The notes below the pieces were generated by a model. It did no database searches. It was not told the origin of the DNA and was given only the letters and a program-made list of their open reading frames with translations. 10,452 nucleotides of DNA from Octopus sinensis. Its lineage: Eukaryota. The position numbers and the translations under genes are program-made. Location of the stretch: positions 1-10,452 of the forward strand of contig NW_021827398.1 of assembly GCF_006345805.1 (NCBI RefSeq). Direction: 5' to 3'. How positions within the stretch are numbered: the first letter of the stretch is position 1; the number at the start of each line of letters is the position of its first letter. Shown one piece after another: positions 1-8,635 of the stretch.

Positions 1-489
1 AATAAAAAAAAAGATAAAGGTCAAAATATTAATTAACCTTCTTTTCTCTGATCCTTCCAGAAAGGAATGGAAATTCAATTATGCAGCCTCTGTTTCCATT
101 ATCTGAAGTTCTATACAGCTAATTACCATATTTCAATGGTATTTCCGGTTAATGAAAAACAAAGTGTGTTTTTAAACTAGTTAACATGTAATAATCGGTA
201 GATTAATCTGTGCTAACACGTCTCTTCATTTCTTCTTTAAACATTGATTTCTTGATTTAATTTCTTTTTCTCAGCTTTCATTTGATTCCTTAGAAAGTAG
301 CAACAGTCTTGATTGGTGGAGGTGAGGGTCGGGGTTTAGGTCGACACAACATTTACATACGGTCGCCATTTTATGTAGGGAGCTGATTATTTTTTTCGTT
401 CTTTGTCATTGCCAAACTCAAGTAAAAAAAATGGTTTGTATCATGCTTACACCCTTCCAGTGTAGCCATCACAAAGATATTTAATTCAG

Positions 490-580
490 TCCAGTGAAAG
501 AATCTCTATATTGTTGTCCGAACTTCTAAAATAGCAGCCAAATCGTCCTTTGTTTAATCGTATCCTACTGTCTTAAAAGC
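490..580 (+). repeat. Degenerate dispersed repeat (AATAGCAGCCAAAT family), copy 1
   Basis: ctaaaatagcagccaaatcgtcctt...cctactgtcttaaaa aligns by eye with 7891-7937 (agaaatagcagtcaaacctccctc...caaccgtcttaaa) and loosely with the reverse complement of about 6398-6452. Boundaries approximate. Confidence 0.5.
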
Positions 581-1364
581 TGGAAGGGCTCTTTGGCGAA
601 TATGGTCCCGAATGCTCCCTTCAAAGATGGAATTCTATTATACATTGATCTACTCAATCAAGTTGGAGCTGGGTTAAACAACTACGGCGACGACGATACT
701 GAATTTTCCCTGCACAATCCATCTGTAAATAGTATACGATATAGAGTACATACTCAATACATACTATATGAAATATGGAATACCATATTAACAAAAGAGT
801 GGTATTGGAACCCAAAGACAAACATTTAGTTTGGTTTTAATACCAATAAATTTATCTCGTGAATCTGTCGAGGTTTATTTTGTTGCTCCAAGAGAAAATA
901 ATGGAAAAGCTGACAGGAAATATTTTTAGACTAATTAAAATACAATTCAGTAATCAATAATTAATACTATCTATTATCTCTTAGTTTACTTGATAGAAGT
1001 GTTCGCGTGTTACGCTTTCAACAGCTTAAAGTATGGAACAAACTCAAGGACATAACTGAAAAGGCTCTCCGAAAGGATCAAAGCTGCCGGTCATTTCCGA
1101 CGTCTAAGACACTCAATTAAAACAACAATAACTCTAACGATGATCCCCTGTAAAACATGCCACCCGCACTACAGCGAAATATTCACCACCCGCTTTGGGG
1201 GTTTTATCATAATATTCTCACTCAAACAGTAAACCATTAAAATAATTAAGAAGCACGAAGATCAAGTGGGTGGAATCTTTCCAGAACTCATATTCAATTG
1301 TTTGGTGAGAATATTTGGCCGTATTCCCATTGACAACGTTTTATTCGAAAAAGTTTAAATGTGT

Positions 1365-1390
1365 ACACACACACACACACACACTCACAC
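1365..1390. repeat. (CA)n microsatellite
   Basis: Direct reading of an AC dinucleotide run. Confidence 0.95.
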
Positions 1391-1549
1391 GGCAGTTGAA
1401 AGTACAGAATATTTAGAAATGATATGGATTTTTGTATTTCGGGTGCAATAGTATCAAGTTGATATACGCCAAATAAAGAAGTATTTTGAATGAAAATGAA
1501 AATACTATTTTAGGATATATATTGCTATATCCATCTATCTACCCGTCCA

Positions 1550-1550
<1 letters not shown>

Positions 1551-1630
<80 letters not shown>

Positions 1631-1758
1631 CCTGTCTGTCTGTCTGTATACCTGTCCGTCTGTCTGTCTGTCTGTCTACATATATATATATCTACACACA
1701 TACATATATATGTATGTATATATATATATATACGTCTATATATATATACACATATATA

Positions 1759-1804
<46 letters not shown>

Positions 1805-2011
1805 CACACACACACTCACATGTTTATCGGCATATGTATGTGTGCTCACATACATATACAGACAGAGACGCACAGCGGCATATTGCTATAAATTGTATGT
1901 ATGTATGTATGTATGTATGTATGTATGTATGTATGTATGTATGTATGTATGTATGTATGTATGTATGTATGTATGTATGTATGTATGTATGTATGTATGT
2001 ATGTATGTATG

Positions 2012-2042
<31 letters not shown>

Positions 2043-2087
2043 ATATCTATCTATCTACCTGTCTGTCTGTATACCTGTCTGTCTGTC
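1551..2087. repeat. Compound microsatellite: (TATC)n-(TGTC)n-(TA)n-(CA)n ... (TATG)n-(TATC)n-(TGTC)n
   Basis: (TATC)n about 1551-1630, (TGTC)n 1632-1678, (TA)n about 1680-1804, (TATG)n about 1895-2013, (TATC)n about 2013-2057, (TGTC)n 2059-2087. Confidence 0.97.
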
Positions 2088-2227
2088 GATCGATCTGTGA
2101 ATTATGATCATCATCAATTCCTTCAAAATGACTCCAGACATCTTTCCTGGCAGCATCCTGCAACTAATTGATTCCGTTAAAGGTACACAAAGTACCAGGT
2201 GATGGAGTTGAACCAAGCGATGTTTTA

Positions 2228-2327
2228 TGTCCACCACCGCAAGATTTGAACTCATGACGCAAAAACCCAGAATAAATAACGAGGCATCAATTCCGAAATT
2301 CTTACAGTTCCGCCAACATACCGCCTT
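2228..2327 (-). mobile_element. Degenerate tRNA-derived SINE head fragment, same family as 8439-8635
   Basis: agatttgaactc (2242-2253) is the reverse complement of a B box (GAGTTCAAATCT). The segment ends in ccgcctt, an AAGGCGG start on the minus strand, at a spacing like the 8439 copy. Confidence 0.55.
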
Positions 2328-2344
2328 AGATTGACTATACCTTG

Positions 2345-2465
2345 GCTGTTCCTTGACAGGAAAGAAAGCAAAGCCGATGTCCGTGAGATTTGAACCCTGT
2401 GCGTAGAGACTCGGAATAAATAACGCGAAGTATGACACACTATCGACTCTACCAATTCCCCACCT
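2345..2465 (-). mobile_element. Second, adjacent degenerate SINE fragment of the same family
   Basis: aaagcaaagccgatgtccgtgagatttgaaccc resembles the reverse complement of about 8504-8540 (aaaggcaaagtcgacctcggcagaatttgaactc). It shares gaataaataacg with the preceding copy. Confidence 0.55.
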
Positions 2466-2717
2466 GAAAACATTGTTTCATTCCCTGGTCTTTAAAGGAA
2501 ACATTCTCTTCTAACTCCATTGTTTATATTTTCTCAAATCATTAAATCTGATGATGGAGCTAGAGTTACCCTCCTTGATTTTTATTTCTTAAGAATTTTC
2601 TTTTTTCACTTTTAAAAGACCCAGGCGTTAGTATTTGTTTTCTGATTGCCTGGCATATTCTCAGTTAATTGAAAAAATTCCATTCACGATATCACGTATT
2701 TGAGATGCTGTTCACCA

Positions 2718-2724
2718 TATATAT

Positions 2725-2758
<34 letters not shown>

Positions 2759-2761
2759 ATA

Positions 2762-2805
<44 letters not shown>

Positions 2806-2844
2806 TATATATATTATTATATATATATATAGATATATATAGTT

Positions 2845-2876
<32 letters not shown>

Positions 2877-2945
2877 TATTTTATATATATATTGTATATA
2901 TAATATATATTCTATATATATATGTATATACACATGTTGATATAT
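2718..2945. repeat. Imperfect (TA)n microsatellite
   Basis: About 230 bp of interrupted TA repeats. Confidence 0.95.
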
Positions 2946-3004
2946 GTATAAATATAAATGATGTATGTGTATTATATATCATTAATAAGATATGTATATA
3001 TATA

Positions 3005-3292
3005 CACTCACACACACGCAAACACGCATACACATATACAGACACAGGATATAGAATTTACCCAGAGGTATTTTCTTCTATTAATGATAAATGTTTGCAT
3101 GTGTACACACGCACACACACACACATACAAGGGGAAATACATAGTATATGTTTGAGCATATATGTGTGTGTATGTGTGTGTGTATGTCGTGTGTTTATGA
3201 TTGCTCTTGTTTCTGTATCTGTCTATCTGCAAATATATACGTGTGTATGTATGAGTGAGTGTGTGTGTGTCTGAACGCGTGTGTGTGTGTGT
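3005..3292. repeat. Interrupted (CA)n/(TG)n low-complexity tract
   Basis: CA runs at about 3005-3045 and 3105-3128; TG runs at about 3163-3195 and 3240-3292. Confidence 0.8.
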
Positions 3293-3522
3293 ATTATAGT
3301 GAATCTAAAGAAACCGTTTCTTTAGACATATTATGAATCTGCGATAGGAATATTGACGGCGTTTCGTCATCATCTCTCCTGTTTTAAGCGAAAACCAACT
3401 CTATAGGAGATAAACAGGCCAACGGGAGTTTTCGGCATTGCAATGGCTTCCATTATAGAAATCAACAAGGAAAAGGAGTTTGGTAAACAGTTTAATATAT
3501 AATACGTTAGTGAATGTGAAGA

Positions 3523-3605
3523 AGAGAGAGAACGAGAGAGGGAGAGAGAGAGAGAGAGAGAGAGAAAAAAGAGAAAGGAGGAGAGAGGTAGAGAGGGTGA
3601 GAGAG
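3523..3605. repeat. (AG)n microsatellite / purine tract
   Basis: Direct reading. Confidence 0.93.
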
Positions 3606-3742
3606 TGAATTTGCTACAATTGTTAGTTATGAGTAGTTAATAAAGTTTTATTGGGTATAATGTTTACAAAAAAATTGCTAACAAGGTGAAAATGGCTCCT
3701 CAGGAGAATATGATATAATAATACTAATGATACTAATAATAA

Positions 3743-3745
<3 letters not shown>

Positions 3746-3779
<34 letters not shown>

Positions 3780-3891
3780 CATATGCACACACACACACAC
3801 ATATGTATATTGTATACATATATATATACATACATACATCCATACCCATACATACTAATTATATATATATAATATTATATAAATAATAATA
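3746..3891. repeat. (TA)n/(CA)n/(TACA)n compound microsatellite
   Basis: Direct reading; it flanks fold-back element 1 on the left. Confidence 0.9.
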
Positions 3892-4053
3892 TAGGGAATA
3901 GATCCAAATTTCCAGGGAAAAAAAAATCAGATTTAGGATTAAATCCAATTTTATAGTAAAATATTATAAATATTATTAGAGACAAAACCACTATTTGCAA
4001 AACAAACAAGGAAGACTTAATCATAAATAAATTTTATAAATAGTCAAAAACCG

Positions 4054-4095
4054 CCACTACAATTGTTTCTTGTCTGATCGACAATCTTCAGGTGG
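4054..4095 (-). ncRNA. Minimal type I hammerhead ribozyme motif
   Basis: Minus strand reads CCAC CUGAAGA UUGUC-GAUCA-GACAA GAAA CAAUUG UA GUGG. Stem I is CCAC/GUGG, the CUGANGA and GAAA core is intact, stem II is 5 bp, stem III is the palindrome CAAUUG, and the cleavage triplet is GUA. The stem II closing pair is U-A instead of the usual R-Y. Confidence 0.72.
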
Positions 4096-4155
4096 ACTCA
4101 ATAAGTCAGTTTTCAATTATGAGACTTCCTAATTTGAAACTGACTTATTGGAAGT

Positions 4156-4197
4156 CCACCTGAGATTGTCGATCAAGACAAGAAACAATTGTAGTGG
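4156..4197 (+). ncRNA. Inverted copy of the hammerhead motif with a 1-nt core deletion
   Basis: CCAC CUGAGA UUGUC-GAUCAA-GACAA GAAA CAAUUG UA GUGG. The core is one A shorter than the minus-strand copy, by mutation or sequencing indel. Confidence 0.55.
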
Positions 4198-4296
4198 CGG
4201 TTTTTTTGACTATTTATTAAAATGTTATGTTGATTAAGTCTTCCTGTTTGTTTTGCAAAATAGGGGTTTTGTCTCTAATAATATTTTATATATATA

Positions 4297-4691
4297 TCTA
4301 TATATATATTATATATATATATAATAATAAAATCCGTTCGTCTGTCTGTCTGTCTGCTTTCTGAGGATCTGGGCATCCTCCATCCTATTGCGCTCAATTT
4401 GATATGTAGATACCGACGGTATCAGGGCGTGTATAAGTCTTGATAAAAATTACAAAAATCGATTCCAGGTGAGAATGCGATCGATAAAGCCGCGGGAACG
4501 TGAATTTGAAAAATCGTTTTTCTTGGAATAGTAAAAAAGTCTATCTTTATGTCTTCTTTTGCTGGTGTCTCAAATTAAGCTTAAATCAGTGTTTCTCAAA
4601 GGGGAGACCAATGGAACAGTCGGACAAGTTGTTTTGGGTTTAAATGTCTGACAACTGAGCACCGTCCATTGGACGGGGTGCGTTTTGGTCG
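4297..4691 (+). mobile_element. Probable non-autonomous Helitron-like element
   Basis: 5' A|TC start followed by (TA)n and a subterminal (GTCT)n tract. GC-rich 3' hairpin gcaccgtcca-t-tggacgg(gg)tgc at 4659-4681, about 10 nt before a GTCG|T end (degenerate CTRR|T). No TSD or terminal inverted repeat. Confidence 0.55.
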
Positions 4692-4694
4692 TAA

Positions 4695-4780
4695 ATATAT
4701 AATATATATATAATATAATATATATAATATATATATAGAGATATATATATATATATATATAATATAAATTAATAAATATA
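4695..4780. repeat. Imperfect (TA)n microsatellite
   Basis: Direct reading; it lies between the Helitron-like element and fold-back element 2. Confidence 0.92.
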
Positions 4781-5312
4781 AGGGTAGCAAAAAATTCTAG
4801 AAAAAATTCTCCGCTACCAGCGGTCTAGTGAGAAAGAAAGATAGTCAAAGACTATAATAATATCATTCAACAATATAAGGAATGGCCCTAATAGGCCATT
4901 CGACTCACTAGAAAGACCAGCCAAACTCAAACCGCTAAATAGTTGTAATTCTGAAATTGAAAGAGAAATAAAAAAACATTTACCCTTTTCATCTCTGGAC
5001 TATGCATAGTTTCGACAAACCGCGGTGGCGGTGGAGTTTTGAAAATTTAGAGCATATAGACTGGAGGCTTCGTTGCCGTCGCCTCGTGGACATATACTCG
5101 TCCTCGGCTTCTCTGCTGACGAGACACGCCAGTTGTAAATAAATCTAATTTAATTTAATTAAGTTTGTCGAAACTATGCGTAGTCCAGAGATGAAAAGGG
5201 TAAATGTTTTTATTTCTCTTTCAATTTCAGAATTACAAATATTTTGCGGTTTGAGTTTGGCTGGTTTTCTAGTGAGTCGAATGGCCTATTAGGGGCATTC
5301 CTTATATTGTTG
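4779..5312. mobile_element. Fold-back element 2: inverted arms 4868-5020 and 5163-5312 with a 142-bp spacer, carrying a hammerhead; probable Penelope-like or retrozyme-type remnant
   Basis: caacaatataaggaatg...tttcgacaaac is the near-exact reverse complement of gtttgtcgaaa...cattccttatattgttg. The left arm has an unpaired extension to taaggg at 4779. (TA)n lies on both sides. Confidence 0.78.
5110..5191 (+). ncRNA. Type I hammerhead ribozyme with canonical GUC cleavage site
   Basis: Stem I UCUCUG (5110-5115) / CAGAGA (5186-5191). Core CUGACGA (5116-5122). Stem II GACA (5123-5126) / UGUC (5166-5169) with a 39-nt AU-rich loop. GAAA (5170-5173). Stem III CUAUGCGUAG is self-complementary. GUC at 5183-5185, with cleavage predicted after 5185. 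Confidence 0.85.
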
Positions 5313-5366
5313 TATACATTATATATATATTATATAGATATTATATATATATATATATAATATATC

Positions 5367-5472
5367 TGAAAAAACAAGTCAAAATAGAAAATGCTAAAAT
5401 AATATTTTAGCATTTTCTATTTGACTTGTTGGTTTTTCATAATATCAACTCGTGTGTTCCTTTTCACCCTTA
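5367..5472 (+). mobile_element. Fold-back element 3: short palindrome 5367-5439 with an extension ending CCCTTA-(TA)n
   Basis: tgaaaaaacaagtcaaaatagaaaatgctaaaata-a-tattttagcattttctatttgacttgttggtttttca, centred on 5402. It is followed by a 33-nt unpaired tail ending ccctta (5467-5472) and then TA repeats. Confidence 0.6.
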
Positions 5473-5571
5473 TACATATATATATATATATTATTATACA
5501 AGGGTACTGCACGAGTTCCTGCATAGCAACAAAATAGAGTATATATATTAGGACTTGTCTTCTATACACAT

Positions 5572-5572
5572 G

Positions 5573-5616
<44 letters not shown>

Positions 5617-5620
5617 ATAT
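5572..5620. repeat. (TA)n microsatellite
   Basis: Direct reading. Confidence 0.93.
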
Positions 5621-5699
5621 GTACTCTTTACACAAAGTCAGATCAACAAAATTATACTCCATCCTATGAGAGATCAATGCACTAACTACATTAAATGAT

Positions 5700-5748
<49 letters not shown>

Positions 5749-5806
5749 CACGTGTGTGTTTGTGTGTTCGTGTGTGTGTGTGTGTGTGTATGTCTCTCTC
5801 TCTCTC
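5700..5806. repeat. Compound (CA)n(TA)n(TG)n(TC)n microsatellite
   Basis: Direct reading. Confidence 0.93.
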
Positions 5807-6139
5807 CCTGTATATATTAACATTCACAGGCGTAACGTTAATAGAAATTATGCTTTGAAGCCAAGCTGCGTTCAGTCGGTTTCTTGTTCATTCGTTTACG
5901 GCGCCGGCTTAAGAAGGTTTGGTATGAAATGCTGTGAATGGAGGTCGCAGGTTTTCAAGTAATCACATTATAGATGAAAAATATAATAATTGCTTTTTAT
6001 TATACATCAAAGGAATGTTTTTTTTATGTTTACAAGTAGTAATTAGATCATGCCTGAACAAGGTGAAATAACAGTCAATAACTGGCTAAAGTGCAATGGC
6101 ACCTTCTGACTTCCCCAAATGGGAATTCTTGGTAATCGC

Positions 6140-6304
6140 TCAGAATTTTGGCTCCTTTTTCTTTATGGTTCCACCGGAAGCTTGACTATTTTGAGACTCA
6201 ATTTCTCCGTGTTGTCTTTCTTCTTTTAAAACCTGATTTGAAACGGAAGTGGCTATCGTTTCTTGCAGGTTACGGTTGTTATTCAGTCTAAGGCCACTTA
6301 TGAT
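6140..6304 (-). CDS. Possible terminal coding exon of an unknown gene (IISGLRLNNN...KKKEPKF*)
   Basis: Minus-strand acceptor-like acattttattatatgtctcccag precedes a 54-codon non-repetitive frame ending in TGA; the other two frames close quickly. No recognisable homology. Confidence 0.22.
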   Translation of the reverse strand: MISGLRLNNNRNLQETIATSVSNQVLKEERQHGEIESQNSQASGGTIKKKEPKF

Positions 6305-6397
6305 CTGGGAGACATATAATAAAATGTAGTCCAACTGTGGCCTCACCGTCCTTTTCTTACGTACAGGAGGCCCAGAACCATATTTTCGACGTATTTT

Positions 6398-6486
6398 TGT
6401 CTAAAGTAGGTGGGGAAGAATCTAAAGGATAATTAGCTGTTGTTTATAGCACGTGGAGCAACCACAAGGCTGCTTGATTGGTTCGT
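6398..6486 (-). repeat. Highly degenerate copy of the AATAGCAGCCAAAT dispersed repeat
   Basis: aattagctgttgtttatagc is a diverged reverse complement of gctagaaatagcagccaaat, preceded by tgtctaaagtagg matching cctactgtctta-like sequence. Confidence 0.35.
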
Positions 6487-6742
6487 TTTTCAGAAACAGG
6501 CGTGTTTCTCGGGGCACGCGGGTTTTTAGGTATCTTGCAAGGGACTTATCAAATGTTATCTCTAAGCATTTACTAAAGACTTAATTACATGGGCCCACGT
6601 AAAAGACACTCCAATTGCTAGGATTTCAACACACCAAAACAAAAACAAATCCAAAAAAGACTTGCCCTCATTGACGTAAGCATTTGTTCATTGGCTGTTG
6701 GAAAGCTAAGTGTATCGGTTACTGACAGGTTACATTCCTTGT

Positions 6743-7132
6743 GTGGAGGCGCAATGGCCCAGTGGTTAGGGCAGCGGACTCGCGGTCATAGGATCGCGGT
6801 TTCGATTCCCAGACCGGGCGTTGTGAGTGTTTATTGAGCGAAAACATCTAAAGCTCCACGAGGCTCCGGCAGGGATGGTGGTGATCCCTGCTGTACTCTT
6901 TCACCACAACTTTCTCTCACTCTTACTTCCTGTTTCTGTTGTACATGTATTTCAAAGGGCCGGCCTTGTCACTCTCTGTGTCACGCTGAATATCCCCGAG
7001 AACTACGTTAAGGGTACACGTGTCTGTGGAGTGCTCAGCCACTTACACGTTAATTTCACGAGCAGGCTGTTCCGTTGATTCGGATCAACCGGAACCCTCA
7101 TCGTCGTAACCGACGGAGTGCTTCCCCCTCCT
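6743..7132 (+). mobile_element. Full-length tRNA-derived SINE with 13-bp target-site duplication
   Basis: Pol III A box TGGCCCAGTGG (6755-6765) and B box GTTTCGATTCCC (6799-6810) in a tRNA-like head, followed by a body of about 320 bp. Exact direct repeats TTACATTCCTTGT at 6730-6742 and 7133-7145. Confidence 0.92.
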
Positions 7133-7888
7133 TTACATTCCTTGTACAACGACTCGAACCGTCGACCTCTTCTTTTGCGATAATATAGTCTTTGAAACAA
7201 GCCATCGCTTCTCTGTTGTGTAAAAAAAGAAATTCTCAATGTCAAAATATAACTTCTCCGTCTCTGCCGCCGCATTGTGTCTTCTCCTTTGTGTCTTATT
7301 AAATGGAAATAAATACAGTTATCCAGAGAGGAAATGATTCCTTTCTCGTATCTTAGTCTGAAGGTAAGCTATTGATGTGAAGATCGATTCCTTATTTAAC
7401 CATTCCATTTCATTCACACCTCCTGGTTTATGCAATTTCCGGACGTCGTCGTTGTCGTCAACAGAGAAGAAAAGACAATGAGACTTTGCAAAACTTTGTT
7501 ACCCAAGATTCCTTGTACGAAGAGAAAATTATGCTAAAATCAGAAAAACATGAAAGATGAATAAGAATAAAAGAATAAAAGAATTATATATTCACCAAAT
7601 CCATAACAAAAGTTTTTATCAGAAAATACATGGTAGACTTTCATTTCGTTTGTCATTCACTGATCGATTTGCAGTTTTTGTCTACCTTCTATTGATGATC
7701 GATCGATGTTTTGACAAAGTGGACATATCTTACATGCAGTGAAGTTCGTTTTTTCCTTCTTCTTCCATTTTTCCGCCGCCAAATCTTGAAAGAATATACA
7801 ATATCAATTTCTTGCCGTCTGTTGTTAGGTTTAATCTTAGAACTTAAAGGAGCGAGTGAAGTTGAATATTGTGATGTATTCCAATTAA

Positions 7889-7964
7889 CAAGAAATAGCA
7901 GTCAAACCTCCCTCAAATTACACACAACCGTCTTAAATAAAAATCACTTTTATATAGTGTAGTC
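7889..7964 (+). repeat. Degenerate dispersed repeat (AATAGCAGCCAAAT family), copy 2
   Basis: agaaatagcagtcaaacctccctcaaattacacacaaccgtcttaaa aligns with 526-579. Confidence 0.5.
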
Positions 7965-8111
7965 GAAATGCCATTTCCGTTCTCTTTTCTTTCTCAGTGA
8001 GTGCACAGAAAGCTGTTAGAAGGTCTGGCATGGCACCGATGCGAGAACTTTTTTCAAACATGGCTGGTTTCGAAAGAGAGAAAATGAAAGTGAAAGTAAG
8101 AGAAAGAGTGC

Positions 8112-8114
<3 letters not shown>

Positions 8115-8190
<76 letters not shown>
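8115..8190. repeat. (AG)n microsatellite
   Basis: Direct reading. Confidence 0.96.
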
Positions 8191-8192
<2 letters not shown>

Positions 8193-8438
8193 AGAAAAGA
8201 ATGAGGCGATGGAAGATGTTACATAATGAATGCATTTTGATTTGATAAATGCAAAATATTTCCAAAATTATAAAAAAAAAACAATAATTAAAACGAGATT
8301 TACATTAATTTAAAGCATGAACAACATTTAGAGTTATTCATACATACATGGGTGAACATATCAGTGGTTAAGTTCTGAAAGACCACCCTACGACTCTGGG
8401 ACCCCTTACTTCTCGTAGCGAATTTTGTTGAATCCCCA

Positions 8439-8635
8439 AAGGTCATGAAGGCACAATCGTTAGCATTCCCGGTAAAATGCTTTTTCATCCGTCTTTACGT
8501 TTTGAGTTCAAATTCTGCCGAGGTCGACTTTGCCTTTCACCCTTCAGGATTGGATAAATTAAGTACCAGTTGAAAACTGGTGTCAATGTAATCGAACTTG
8601 CTAGCCTTGTGTCAAAAACATTTAAAACCAATATA
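8439..8635 (+). mobile_element. tRNA-derived SINE with a conserved central domain (MetaSINE-like), moderately decayed
   Basis: A-box-like ggcacaatcgttagc and B box gagttcaaattct (8504-8516), then gaggtcgactttgcctttcacccttcaggattggataaattaagtaccag, which resembles from memory the Meta/Sauria-SINE-type central domain. Related copies occur elsewhere in the window. Confidence 0.75.

Larger units (their letters stand above)
3892..4290 (-). mobile_element. Fold-back element 1: near-perfect palindrome (arms about 3965-4119 and 4130-4290) with hammerhead motifs; probable Penelope-like or retrozyme-type remnant
   Basis: The arms are reverse complements, e.g. ttattagagacaaaacc / ggttttgtctctaataa and ccgccactacaattgtttcttgtc / gacaagaaacaattgtagtggcgg, around a 10-nt loop. 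The left arm has an unpaired extension to taggg at 3892. Both sides abut (TA)n. Confidence 0.75.

Noticed and set aside
593-829. 78-aa ORF
   Set aside because: TTG start in eukaryotic DNA, no recognisable homology and no clear splice context.
1486-2171. Long ORFs of 204 and 153 aa (also 5417-5827, 7933-8265, 7997-8194, 9704-10024)
   Set aside because: Their translations (YLSI, MYVC, IY, ER/SL, HTYI repeats) come from stop-free microsatellites and are not proteins.
3352-3382. Minus-strand GACGAAACGCCGUC resembling an HHR 3' half
   Set aside because: No upstream CUGANGA and no stem I partner.
5700-5790. (CA)n(TA)n(TG)n quasi-palindrome
   Set aside because: Self-complementarity follows trivially from simple-repeat composition.
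6745-6820. Possible tRNA gene
   Set aside because: It has A and B boxes but no convincing acceptor stem or poly-T terminator, and it continues into a SINE body bounded by a TSD.
6827-7275. ORFs 6827-7078 (+) and 7003-7275 (-)
   Set aside because: They lie within or cross the SINE and have no recognisable domain.
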